Below, piece after piece: positions 14,691 through 35,555 of a DNA stretch of 64,000 bases. A model generated the notes under the pieces. It did not search any database, was not told the origin of the DNA, and saw nothing but the letters and a program-made list of their open reading frames with translations. Positions within the stretch are counted from its first letter, which is position 1; each line of letters opens with the position of its first letter. The position numbers were made by a program, and so were the translations under genes. Source of the stretch: the human T2T-CHM13v2.0 reference genome, Homo sapiens; the NCBI RefSeq assembly GCF_009914755.1, contig NC_060926.1, one strand, 5' to 3'.

Positions 14691-16715
14691 CCTTCTCTCC
14701 TTTGTTGGGGTACTCTTGTGATCATGGCTGATGCAGGCAGCACCCTTCTGTAGAAGTAGTTGCCTTACTGAGAAAACTTTTTGCCTGAGTGCTGGTTCTT
14801 CTTTTCGGCACCGAGCACTTGTTTCTAACAGAGACATGTGCCACCACGCCCGGTTAATTTTTCTATTTTTAGTAGAGACGGGATTCTGCCCTGTTGGCCA
14901 GGCTGGTCTGAAACTCCTGACCTCAAGTGATTTGCCCACCTCGGCCTCCCAAAGTGCTGGATTACAGGGTTAGCCACAACGCCCAGCCATATTTAATTTT
15001 AATATGTATTATCTTTAGAATAATTTCTTTTTTGAAAATCTTTTGGAGTGTTTTACTTTCTTTCTTGCCCTTGAAACCTGGCATATAGCAGGTGCTCAAC
15101 AAATATTGAAGGAAGGAATGAGGGTGAGAGAGAGCAGCGGTTTTCCAAGGGCCCGCACAGGAAAGAGACAGAAGGGCTCCAGTTGTCTTCTGTAACTGCC
15201 CCCAGCAGCTTCAGGCTCCAGGCAGGGAGCAAGGAAGCTATCAGTACCTGGCAATATCAGGTAAAGTGACCCAGACAGACATTCCTGAGGATGGCTCACA
15301 ACTTTGCCCACTGAATTCTACTCTCTCCAACTGAAGTTGCCTTTGGGGAAAAGCAGGACAATAGGAATTCCAAATTGGGTTTGGGTGGTGTCTCGATCAT
15401 CCCCTGTGTCTTCCTAGTCCCAGCTCTGCCCTGGTCCAATAGCTGTGTTTAGTGAATAGATCCAGGGGGAGCCTGCTTTGGTCAACAGACATCTTAATAG
15501 TCTCAGAATAAAACTCTTCACTCTTCACCTAGTTTATTGCTGGGCAGAGCATGGCCGGATTCCAGCAGCCATCCCCATCTGCCTTCATTCCTCTTGTATT
15601 TTTTAGGGTCCCCTGAAGTTCCTCAATATTAGGCTGAGAGCAGAGAATCGGGAGCAGGTATCCTGGAACTAGACTCACAGTGTCATGCAATGTGCCAACC
15701 CCCATATTGGGCTGAGCACATACCTTATCTTACTCAATACCTGCCTTCACCATTGAGTGAATACAGCCATCGGGCCTATGTTGTAGCAGAGAAAACCAAG
15801 GCCTCAGGTGACTTGGCCAAATGTCACACGGGTGGTAGCTGAGCTGCGATTGGCTGAGCTGGGTTTGGCTTTCTCCTCCCATAAAAATCTCATTTTGACC
15901 TTTCGTTTTCTCATGTGTAGAAGGGAGGATAATTATACCCATCTTACAAGATACAAAAAAGAAAGTACATGAATGCACTTAACATTTTTAAAGGGTTAAT
16001 AGAGTGTTTCTTTCAATTATCAATATAAAAGAGAATTAATTAACACTTATTTTCCCACCCTTACTTGTAGATTCTGTGCTGCGCCCCACCACCATGATGT
16101 CAACTCTATGGATGCTTTTGTCTTTTTTTGGCCTTGGGAGGGACCCCGTGGCAGAGGCTGCAGAGACCAGACTGGGGGCTTGAAGGTAATGCTAACAGCT
16201 TTTTTATGTTATATATATATTTCAGAGCTTACAAAACATGGCCACAGAGGGTATCATCTTCCAACTTCATTTCTTCTCTGTGACACAGGAATTCTTACAC
16301 TCATTTCACAGAAAGCACCAGCAACCAAGGGGTGAGGGTTTAGGCCCCAGGCTTCCATGGCAGTGTGCCCTCTTCCAGATCAAGTGGTCACTCACAGTTG
16401 ATCTTTGACTCTGAGAGTTCCTAGCAGGGGATGGCAGTGGAGTGCCTGGGTCAAATGCTGATTCCTCAGTTCTGCCAGGTCTGGATGGAGAGTCATTAGA
16501 ACTGGTGTGAACTCCAGTAATCTATTGTTTTATATGGTTCACTGGCGGCTGAGTCACTGGTGCCATGTGAATCACACATTGAGAAATAGCAGAAGAGAAT
16601 GCACAGCCCCTGGAAGTCTTGGACAGAGAGTGACAAGTCTTTGCTGGACATAAACTATAACTAGGGAGCTAGGGTAAGGTGGATCAGAGCATGCATAGAT
16701 TGAAATATCTTTTAC

Positions 16716-17029
16716 GGCTGGGGTGTGGTGGCTCACACCTGTAATCTTAGCACTTTGGGAGGCTGAGGTGAGTGGATCACCTGAGGTCAGGAGTTCGAGA
16801 CCAGACTGGCCAACATGGTGAAACCCCGTCTCTACTAAAAATACAAAAAATTAGTTGGGCGTGGTGGTGGACACCTGTAATCTCAGCTACTTGGGAGGCT
16901 GAGGCAGGAGAATTGCTTGAACTCAGGAGGCAGAGGTTGCAGTGAACCAAGATCAAGCCATTGCATTCTAGCATGGGCAGCAAGAGCAAAACTGCATCTC
17001 AAAAAAAAAAAAAAAAGAAAAGAAAAGAA
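16716..17029 (+). mobile_element. Alu (AluSx/Sq)
   Basis: TSD gaaatatcttttac. Confidence 0.9.
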
Positions 17030-17035
17030 ATATCT

Positions 17036-17470
17036 TTTACTAGTCCATTTTGTGTTGCTATAAAAGAACACATGAGACTGGGTAATTTATATAAGAAAGA
17101 GGTATATTTAGTTCATGGTTCTGCAGGCTGGGAAGTTCAAGGACATGGCTCTGGCTTCTGAAGAGGGCTTTTATGCTGTGTTATAATATGGCAGAGAAAG
17201 TCAAAGGGTAAGTGGACTCAAACGAAGAAAGAAAACATGAAGAGTGTCTTGGCTTTATAACAACCTACTCTTCTGGGAACGAATTCATTCCCAGTCCCTT
17301 GAGAGCAAGGGCTCACTCACTTCCTCAAGAACAGCACCAAGCCATTCATGAGGGACCTGCCCCCATGACCCAAACACTTCCCAGTAGGCCCCACCTCTTC
17401 ATACTGCCACACTGGGGATCAAATTTCAACATGAGATTTGGTGCAGATAAACCATATCCAAACCATAGTG
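17036..17470 (-). mobile_element. MST (MaLR) solo LTR
   Basis: tagtccattttgtgttgctataaa..gagactgggtaatttat..ggcccacctc..ggggatcaaatttcaacatgagatttgg. Confidence 0.75.
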
Positions 17471-17488
17471 TATCTCAAGAATGTTTTG

Positions 17489-18513
<1,025 letters not shown>

Positions 18514-18529
18514 TTAATTCAATCATTTT

Positions 18530-20090
<1,561 letters not shown>

Positions 20091-20295
20091 CTTAACAATG
20101 CTCACATAAAATTTGAAAATGCTCAATAAAATACACACATAAAATTTCCCATTTTACCTTTAACTTTTAGGTAAAGACAGGCACTATTATCATCCCGATT
20201 TTATAGATGAGAAAATTGAGGCACAGAAAGGTCAGACGGCTAGTGAATGGTGGAGCTGGGATTTGAACCCTAGTAGTCTATCTCAAGATTATAAG

Positions 20296-21040
<745 letters not shown>

Positions 21041-21748
21041 TCATGGAACAGGAAGTCCAGTATATTGGCTGTGGTGACTGAGAAAGAATTGAGTTGTGGA
21101 CTGAGTGAATATCTGACTGCCTTGAGCTGTGGTTCTCTCCTGGCGTGATGACTTCTCCAGGTGGCAGGGCACGCACTGCCACATTCTATCCCAGTACATG
21201 ACCTTTCTGTTCTCGAGGATATTCTTCCTTAGATTGAGCTCTGCTAGATTCTCCCCAATAGCCATCTTCTCTTCTGTATTAACAGACACCTAAGATTTTT
21301 GCTGAGCAATGGCCACTTGGAATAAAGACTACATTTCCCAGCTTCCCTTGCATAAAACACGGCCATGTGACTAGATCCCAGCCAATGGGCCATAAGCAAA
21401 AATGGTATATGCCTCTTCCCAGGCCACGCCCTTCCCCTCCTGCATCCTGGTGCTTGGACAAGTTATGAGCCTAGTTGGACCTTGTGGATAAGGGCCCTAC
21501 CCTAGGGATGGTGAAATGGCAGTGAGAAGGAGGTTGGATTTTTGAGTGGTACACAGCAGTCTCGTCAGGTCTAGAGTGTCCCGTGGAATAAAATAAACCT
21601 CCAATTGTTTAAGCCAATGTTTCTCAAGCTTACCTGTACATTAGAATCACCTGTGGAGCTTAAAAAGTATATATATATATACTGATTCTTGCCCCTTCTC
21701 CTAAATTTTTGATTTAATTGGACTGAGGTATAGCCTGGCATTGGATAA

Positions 21749-22715
<967 letters not shown>

Positions 22716-23559
22716 ACCCCCCAAAGTCAGGTGATAGACCTCTTCCTAATTATGTCGTGTTCATCCCTTCACTGGGATGAGGGCCGATCAGGAGGATCTT
22801 CACCAAGATTGTTATCCTGGAGGAGAGACCTGAGAGGAAGGGTTTCCAGGGGGTGAGGGTTCAGGTGGGTAGAGGAAGTAAAGGGGTAACAGATAGACAA
22901 GCTAGGGAGCATGGCAGCTTGAGAAAAGGCCAGGAGTTCATTTGTTACTCCTGAAAAGCAGAATGGGCACATGTGGGTTCTCAAGAATTAAGGCTCAACT
23001 GGGTAAGTTGGTGGAGGGTCTTGTATGTCAAGCTCATGAGTTTGACTTTGAACCTGAGGATGTCCAGGGACTTTCAGAGGATGTTAAGCAGGGAAGAAAT
23101 AGCAAGGCCAGATTTATGTTGTAAAATATTCTGTCATGACAGCATGAGTTGGTTCAAGACTGGAGGTGGGCAGACCAGTTCTGAGGTCCCGTGAGAGGTG
23201 TAGGGACCAATGAATGCAACCTGCTTGTGTTTGAAGTTCTGCTAGATGTCTCACATTGTTGATTTACTTTAAGTTTCCAACAAACCTAGAGTTCTCATTG
23301 TCAACATTTGTATTGCTTCGAAGCTAGTTCCTACTCGGCCTGCATTTGTCCATCCAGAGCTTAGGGATCTGGGGGAATGGTTATAGGTCCCTTCTAGAAT
23401 AGTCCCTTCCTCTTAGGAATTGCTTGGGAGATGTTAGTAGAAAGAACCATGGCCCAGGTGCATTTTATCTTGTTAGTGCCAGCCTATCCCAGAAGTAGTC
23501 AGGGTAGGGCCAGTACAGGAGAAGGGCTGAAATAAATCTAAACTTCACCACAGTCCATT

Positions 23560-24562
<1,003 letters not shown>

Positions 24563-24983
24563 CAGGAAGAAAAACAACTTGAAAGAGGCCTTGCAAGAAG
24601 TGTGCACTATAGCAAGCACTGTTGGAGAATCTACTGCAGGTAAACAGCCCTTACACTTGGAAAAGGACCCTGTGGGTCATGGTGATGCCAGAGTGCAGTG
24701 ATTATGGCGAAGCTGCCTGAGGGTCATGGTTATTGGAATTGGATAGAGCTGATTGGACCTCCAGGCTAGTATTTTCCAGCAACCATATACTAGTGGGTCA
24801 ATCACATTTAAAAAACCCTTAACTCTTTTACTTGCCTTTCCCACTAAGATTGACATTTACCCGTGTGATTATTTTTAAAGAATAGATTCCCAAAGTGGAA
24901 TTTTCAAGAGAAATTATCTTTCAAATTTAGACAGATACTGACAGAAAAAATCATAAAGATACATTTCTAACAACAGGCTATGA

Positions 24984-25391
<408 letters not shown>

Positions 25392-25659
25392 TTTTATTTC
25401 TGATGAGTAGCTAAGTAGAGTTCTTTTCATTTTTTTTAAACTACTTACAATTCACCTATGATTTGCCTGATTATACCCATTGCATGGAAATCCTTTGATT
25501 CAGTAAGCCTCAGTTTCCTCCTCTGTAAAATGGGGGCCATAATATCTCCCAAGGTTATTGAAGGTATTCTATGAGATACCACGAATATGAACTGCCTAGT
25601 ATAGGACATGGTATGCAGCAGGCCTTCCAGTAACGTTGGATTTTGAAACTTATCCAGTA

Positions 25660-25674
25660 GCCACCCTCTGGCTG
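25660..25674 (-). promoter_or_regulatory. Candidate CTCF motif CAGCCAGAGGGTGGC
   Basis: Visual match to the CTCF core at the left edge of the CpG-rich segment. Confidence 0.4.
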
Positions 25675-25684
25675 CCCAGCAGGT

Positions 25685-26270
25685 CTGCGTCCCGGACAAA
25701 TCCATTAGTCCTGAGGGCGGAGTGAGTGGTAATTAACCTAGGAGAGCGAGGGACTCCTCCCGTCCCTCCTCCTCTTTGGCCAGCATCTCCCGCACGCCAC
25801 ACCTCCATCGCCGGTAGTTCTCATGCCCAGCCCACCCTCCTGCATCTGTCACAAGAGGATCAGTCACCGCACTGGACTGACTCGGTGACACTCAGTCCCC
25901 CACCCTCCATCCCAAGGCCCTTACGGGGGAACGCAAGAGCGCCGCGGGCCCGCGGAGCCCCCGCTTTGCCTCGGCATCTGTCGTCCCCACTTGGCCACCC
26001 TGAGCTCTTCTTCCTCCTGGGCCAGGTCTTTGAAACGACAATTCCTGCCGCGGCTCCTGGCTGCGCCCGAGCCAGATTCCCTGCCCCAGCCCCGAGAATC
26101 CAGACGGCATCCTCCTATCTTTCATCTCCAAACCCTCCGGCCATGCTGCGCCCCGGCTCCCCGCTGATTCCTGTAGACCGGCAGCTAGGGTCAAAGGCCT
26201 GGGAGAAAGGAGGCATTCCTAGCCCTCCTCCACCCCCTGGGCAACCCGAAATCCCTATACAACAAAGGCG
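25685..26270. promoter_or_regulatory. Orphan CpG-rich / GC-rich segment (CpG-island-like), not at a known gene start
   Basis: Many unmutated CpGs in non-repeat DNA (e.g. gcgccgcgggcccgcgg ~25939-25955); GC box gggcgg ~25716. Confidence 0.7.
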
Positions 26271-27038
26271 TTTCTTGACTACTTGAATAATAACCATCCT
26301 TTTATATTTGCAAAATACGTTGTCCTCACCCAATCAAATGCCAGCCTGTAGTCCTTGTCATAGGCATATTCAATGTCCACATTTATGCATAAACATTATA
26401 AAGTTTTTATATGCTGCGTGTTTTACTAAAGGGTTTTTTTCTGTGCCTTTCTCTCCCATCATATAATCGTAAGAAAAATAAGTCACACATATTTGTATGA
26501 CCCTTTAACTCATAGTTGTCACTTAGTCCTCAGAATAACCCTACCACAGGACTGTGCCCATTTTAGAATTGAGAGAACTGAAGTTGTAATTTCATTTTGT
26601 TTCCGTTTATTGAATTCTATTTACCAGATTCTACACTAAATTTTGTATTTATTATTTAATCTTCAAAATGTGCTGTTTGCAATGAAGAAACAGATTGGAG
26701 AGCTGAAGGAAAATTGTAAACAAGGAAGAAGTAATGCAGCCAGCCCTAATTCCAAAGCCCAGCGCTGTCCTGTCACCTGTTACTCCTCTAAAATGCTCTC
26801 TGAATTAGGGATTATTCAGAAAAGTGGGGATTGTTATGCTAACAAGGGCAATGCAGTGATAACTGTATTATTACAAGCTTCCTGTTAGGCTGTTGTAGTT
26901 ATTTTAATTATTGCATTGGTTTTTTTTTTTTTCATATAAAACAGTGATGAAAATATCTGCTTTGCAGAGATCCTATTAGAATTAAATGAGACTATGTAAA
27001 ATAAACTATAAAGCAGAATACAAATATGAGATCAATTA

Positions 27039-27369
<331 letters not shown>

Positions 27370-27774
27370 GATATTGTAAATGTTGTTTATTGGTTTCCTT
27401 TTTCTTAATTTTAAAATCTAATTTATTAATCACATTGGATTAAAGTATTATCTGCATTGGAAAGAACTCAAACAATGCTGAGATGCATATTGAAGCTAAT
27501 AATCTTCTCCAACCTCTCCAACTCTGTCTACCCTTGTAAGGTAGCTAGTGTAGCATTTGGTGAGAATCCTTCCGAAACTTCCTCTATGCCCATGAAAAAT
27601 GCCATTTAAACAGACGTAGAAACTCTTTTACTTGGTTGCAGTTGTACTATTCACACTTCTCTGCAACTTGAATCTGTCATTTATCTGCTTAATAAACCAT
27701 TTAGTAATTCCACTTATGCTACTGACTCATTGCGTTATCTATAGTATGAATATATCTTCACTTATTCAGCTGGG

Positions 27775-28047
27775 TTTTTTTTGTTTGTTTGTTTTGTTTT
27801 GAGACGGAGTCTCGCTCTGTGGCCCAGGCTGGAGTGCAGTGGCACGATCTCGGCTTGCCCAAGCTCCTCTTCCTCCTGGGCTAGGTCTTTGTACCGACAA
27901 TTCCTGCTACCACCTCCAGGGTTCAAGTGGTTCTCCGGCCTCAGCCTCCCCAGTAGCTGGGACTATAAGAGTGCACTAGCATGCCTGGCTAATTTTTGTA
28001 TTTTTTCTTTTAGTAGAGATGAGGTTTCACCATGTTGGCCAGGCTGG
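27775..28047 (-). mobile_element. 5'-truncated Alu with a non-Alu insertion (27856-27909)
   Basis: Alu consensus is broken between gatctcggct and ccacctcc. Confidence 0.85.
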
Positions 28048-28393
28048 ACAACTGTTTTCTTGAGTATGTCATGAAAAGATCCTTTTGGAGAAAGAGCACC
28101 CTTTCTCCTTCATTACTTCTCAGTATCAATATCAAACTCTCTCACTCCCTTGGGGCAAGTATGTGACCTTTCTGGGTGGTGAAAATTCTCCCAGGCTCTT
28201 CCTGGGAGGCAGTAGAGCTCTATGCCAGCAAATTCGGCACTGTTTCCTCTCCTCCTACTCACATTCTTGCTGCTAGCAAGAGAGGAGCTGGTCCCAAAGT
28301 GGCTGCCATCATTTATGACAATGTTCTCTGAGTACTCTAAAAGCTAACATCATTTGAGAAAGCAGCAGGTTCTTCTCAAAGAGCCACTCACTA

Positions 28394-28409
28394 TAGCACC
28401 CCCTGAAGT
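28394..28409 (-). promoter_or_regulatory. Candidate CTCF motif ACTTCAGGGGGTGCTA
   Basis: Visual match to the CTCF core (CCACCAGGGGGCGCTA-like) in unique sequence. Confidence 0.4.
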
Positions 28410-28644
28410 CCTTTAAAACTCAACACCACAGAGCATTGATAGAAGACCCCCCTCTGGTTGTTGGGAGCTAGCACGTGGTCAGCTGCTGGACAAAGAAGGG
28501 ATGGCTTTCAGCTTCCACTGCCCTGGCTCAGGCCCTCTGACCTCTTGCTCGATAAAGGCTAACGGCCCCTGTCTGGTTTCATCTCCAACTCTTTCTCCCT
28601 CTCGTCAACCCTCTTTCTCAGCCACCATAGTGATCTTGTGATTT

Positions 28645-29659
<1,015 letters not shown>

Positions 29660-29840
29660 TGAGAAATTTAAAAGCAGTTCATGGCATGTGGGACTTTATA
29701 CGGTCGAATTTTGCAATATCTGGCATGTTTAGATTATGTTGACATGCTTGTTCTCGTGATGTGTTGAACATTTGAGGGGAGGGAGGAATAACTTTACATG
29801 TTGAAAAATGTTCTTTATCTCAGCCCTCCACTGTCTACTA

Positions 29841-30392
<552 letters not shown>

Positions 30393-30853
30393 TCACCTGG
30401 TGACAGCTACTGTAGTTGCAGGAAAAGGCTCTCCATGGGGAAGTCTCGCAAGGCAGTCCCTGGACAATCTAGTTATGGGGGATCGTAGATGTTCCCAGCA
30501 GTGAGCCAAAGAACATCCAGAGTCCCCGCTTAGCCCTTGACTTCTCCACTATGGCTAGTGGTTAGACTGGGAGCTTGCTCTATCTCTACTCTTTCAGAGA
30601 AAAATGGCACAGAAATAAAATGGCTTTTGTTGTAAATGCATCCAGACAAAGATGTCAGTGAGAAAAACCCCCCACTCCATCCTAACATCATAAAAGTCTG
30701 CTTTTCTGTCTGCTCCTGGGAGGCAAACAGCAGACTAGGTAGCTAGTTTTCAAAACTTCTCATGGGCTTCCTATGCCCGGACCAGCCCTCCGGCTAGTCC
30801 TGCTGCCTCCCTGAAGGGTGAATCAGGAGAGCCCTGTGCTCTTCTTTCCTGGT

Positions 30854-31413
<560 letters not shown>

Positions 31414-32762
31414 TAATCAAGTACCAGGCTTTACGCTGGATGTTGCTGGACTACAAGAAGGTGTCCCCTTACTTTCTGAGATTTTAGAAACGAACAAGGG
31501 GGAGCTGATCTTCGTCAGAGTTGCTGGCTCCTCTGCAGCCTGAGAATAAGTATTATCAAATACAATGTGCTAAAAGCAGAGGCAAGTGCGGGGGATGGAA
31601 AGATGCTGGAAAAACAACAGAACTTAAAGTGGGCAGTGGGGTTTGGACTCAGTAGAAAGGGCTGTGGGTGAGAACACAGGGGTCTCCATTCTGACTAGTG
31701 TTACGGACTTAAGTGTTGCTGGCCCAGGCTCTTAACTTCCCCAACCCTATGCCTGCTTTCCTGCTGGTGGTCAGCAAAGGCAAACCCAGGTTAAAATGAA
31801 AGAAAACCTGATTACATCATGTAAGAATTTACCAATCCCTAGACAGCTTGGTGCACGCGGGTAGACAAAACACTAGGAATCTAAATACCTAGGTTTTGAT
31901 CCCGGTTCTGCTCTTGCTGTCTTTGTGGCCTTGAACAAATCACAGCACCTTTCTGGACCTAGATTTGACGGTAAGTAGAATGGTAATAGTAGTGTCTGCC
32001 ATGGCTAGCTCCTAGGGAAGTCCTGGGGGTCAAAGGATCTTTGGGGGACTGAATGGGGTGTGCTGCCAGAAGTCAACAAACCTTCACCCCTGGCTGGGGT
32101 AAAGAGGAAGGGAGAAAAGGAATAGCAACTAAAGCAGGCTGACCAAGAGATGAAGATGACGGGGGTGAGCTGGACAGGAACCAAGCAGAAGCTGGGGAAG
32201 GAAGTCGTTTGAGCAGCACTGCTGCGAGCGAGTCTGGATATACAGTCAGCCACAAAGATCTGGGAAGTGTTTTTCCAGCGTACAAGTTGCTCATAACCTT
32301 GCGTGGCAGACATTATTTGTTTGTAATATGGAGATGCTATGCATTTTGACCTTTCTAGATTGTGTCTAGCTGGTTCATGCCCCATCAGCCCAGCCTGCCA
32401 CATGCCTCGATGTGGCACATGTCAGATACACCTCGGTATCAATACAACTAGCATCACCACAGCCCTTTTCTCTGAGAGCTCTCCCTTTAGGGGAAAGTCC
32501 TCTATATTCTCAGTCCTTGGCACAGGGTAGGTACTGGGCAAATGTCTGTCAATTATGGATCTTGTGAATTTTGAAAGGGCCTGCCAAGTCTTTGGGAAAT
32601 GATGAAAAAGATACCTGTCTGAAATGGGTTAGGAAGAAGTTTTTTTGAGGATAGGTTTATGACTCTTCCTAGATCTATGATCCCATTTTATAAATTAGAA
32701 AATCTACCATTTTGGGACTAACTCCTCAAAATAAGAGTCAACATACTTAATTTAAAAAAAGT

Positions 32763-32768
32763 TTTATT
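32763..32768 (-). terminator. EIF2AK3: EIF2AK3 polyadenylation signal AATAAA
   Basis: TTTATT on the + strand ~1 kb past the stop codon. Confidence 0.8.
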
Positions 32769-33113
32769 AAATCATTTAGACTTGAAAGAAGTCACAAGTT
32801 AACACACTTAAGTGTGTTCTGTACACCACCAACCCAAATGGATTGATTTCAGAATTTTTATAAATAAAACATAAACATATTTACAGTGAAAAATAAAAAC
32901 ATGTTAGCAAGTGAGATGATTAAACTGTTACCTATAATCAGTTTGGGGGAAGTACCAACCTACAGGATTACATATAAGACACTTAAGATTTCATTAGGCT
33001 TAAAAAGTCCATAGTTGAAGAAGTTAGTTGTAATATATATGATCCATTTCTTACTACGGCTTTTTTCCTCCCAAAACTAGACCTTTCAACCAATTTACAT
33101 AAAAAGCTTCATT

Positions 33114-33121
33114 TTCCCTTT
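33114..33121 (-). promoter_or_regulatory. miR-204/miR-211 8mer seed match (AAAGGGAA) in PERK 3'UTR
   Basis: TTCCCTTT on +, complementary to the seed UUCCCUUU. Confidence 0.7.
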
Positions 33122-33741
33122 ATTGGAGGTAAAAGTACAAAAAGCTGTAAACCCACCCTAGAACCATCTAAGGAATAAAGCTATTGAATGCTACAAATAG
33201 GACTATAAAACTACGGACATAAACCGTTATACAGTTTGTGCTACTTGTCCTCCAAAATAGTGCAGATTCCTAATTTACCCGCCAGGGACAAAAATGGAGT
33301 CAGCTTTTTCTAGAAATCAGTTTCAAAATCATCATATCTCTAGAAAGCATATTTCTAGAACAATACAGTTACCACACAGGGGGACTTTCCTTCTTCTGCA
33401 TTATAAAAATATATCCATTTTAGTTCTCACTATATATATATATTAGGGATTGCTGCTACCTCCTTAGGCAAATGGTGAGGGCTATAAAGCTTGGCCAGCA
33501 GCCAGTTTCAAGAGACTAACAAAGAACAAAGATAGCCCTTTCCTTAAGTATAGCAAAACTCAGGAGTTGGCTCAAATTAGGTTATGCCCCCAAATCCAGC
33601 TTAAATTTGATATAAAAAAAGTAGTCCACAAAAAAATTGAGCGAAGAACAAACTTTTCAAGTCTGCAATTTTGGACAGGCATATTCTAAGAAGTAGGCTA
33701 TTATCTGCATCACCTATTAGGGTTGCTAGCACAACTTAAGG

Positions 33742-34222
<481 letters not shown>

Positions 34223-34892
34223 CATTCCAAAAAAACATGGACAATTTTTGGGTAATTTGATTTTCTAACACATTATAAAGGATTATTTAATCACATCCCT
34301 GAAACATAAATATGATTTTTAAAAATCATCTTATAATTGCATGTAAATCTACAATTATCTCAATAGAAATTTTAATTAGAAAAAATTATGGCAGAGATCA
34401 GCAACCAACACCTTTTCTTGGTTTTTAAAAATCTCTTTGAACGTAACATGTACTCTTATGAGCCACCCTGGGAATAGATTCATCAAGTTTGCAAAATACA
34501 TGATGACAATTTTTAGTAAAACAGACTTAAGTATATGTAGGTATTAATATATTGTTATAAAGTCCATTTTTTAATGCAACCCTTCATTATAATACTGAAA
34601 GATAAATTTTGACTTTTTCCAATTTGAAAATGAACACATACTAACTCACTTCAACTTAATTACTTAAGGAAATTCAAGATTTATCAATATATAAATTTCA
34701 CAGGTGCTACAGTGTGGAACACTGGACATTAGGCTGAAGGAGCCAGGCCCCAGCTCCAGTGTTTGGTTTTAACAAATTCTGGGCTCTTGGGAGCAGGTCT
34801 CTTTCCTCTCTAGACCTTTGGCTTCCTCATCTGTAAAATAGGGGAAACTGAGTCGACTGCTAAGGACCGCTTACGTTCTAAAGATGATTCTA

Positions 34893-34985
<93 letters not shown>

Positions 34986-35179
34986 CTAAAAAGAAAAAAA
35001 GTATCACTTATTAAGTTTATTTTGACATACAACATGAAAATATTTTTTGATACTCTAACAAAATGACTAAGAGGTTGTACATCTATCAAATGGAAAATTT
35101 ATCAATAGCTTTTCCTGATTTAATAACTACATATGTTTCCTGAGCACAGATGTACACTCCATCAAATATCCTCAAAATA

Positions 35180-35514
35180 TACAGCTGGTCTTCCACATCC
35201 ACAGATTCCACATCCAAGGATTCAACCAACCACAGAATGAAAATATTTAAAAAATTTAAAAATAGATGGTTGCATCTGTACTGGACAGATACAGATTTTT
35301 TTCTTGTCATTATTCCCTCATCAATACAGTATAATACTTATTTACATAGAATTTACATTATGTTAGGTACTGTAATTTACAGAAGATTTAAAATACACAG
35401 AATATATGTAGGTTCTATACAAATATTACACCATTTTATATAAGGGACTTGAGCATCTGCAGATTTGGTATCCACAGGGAGTCCTGGAACCAATCCCCTG
35501 TGGATACCAAGATG

Positions 35515-35518
<4 letters not shown>
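35180..35518. mobile_element. MER2 (Tigger2-type) DNA transposon
   Basis: gattcaaccaaccac...gggacttgagcatctgcagatttggtatccac...ccaatcccctgtggatacc. Confidence 0.75.

Positions 35519-35550
<32 letters not shown>
35517..35550. repeat. (TG)17 microsatellite
   Basis: Perfect dinucleotide run. Confidence 0.95.

Positions 35551-35555
<5 letters not shown>

Larger units (their letters stand above)
14293..14830 (+). mobile_element. Solo ERV1 LTR, LTR10-like (HERV-I family), inserted inside an Alu
   Basis: TGTTAG...CTAACA inverted termini, 538 bp; 5' end resembles LTR10 (..ctcttcaaa); CCAAT x2 and GATAAAA box; Alu is interrupted at gattacagg / catgtgccacc. Confidence 0.8.
14150..14988 (-). mobile_element. 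Alu split in two (14150-14292 and 14831-14988) by the LTR insertion
   Basis: The two halves join into a continuous Alu. Confidence 0.88.
32741..33741 (-). other. EIF2AK3: EIF2AK3 3'UTR (~1 kb, AU-rich, repeat-free; 3' end approximate)
   Basis: Lies between the stop codon and the minus-strand AATAAA at 32763-32768. Confidence 0.8.

Noticed and set aside
14289-14835. Target-site duplication around the LTR
   Set aside because: Flanks (cagg vs gaga) match poorly, so no TSD is claimed; the LTR call rests on its termini and the split Alu.
25726-26286. 186-aa ORF across the CpG-rich segment
   Set aside because: GTG start, Pro/Ala-rich low-complexity product, no recognisable domain; long ORFs are expected in GC-rich DNA.
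32863-32897. + strand AATAAA hexamers inside the PERK 3'UTR as an antisense poly(A) site
   Set aside because: They mirror U-rich tracts of the AU-rich UTR and are expected by chance; no supporting exon identified.
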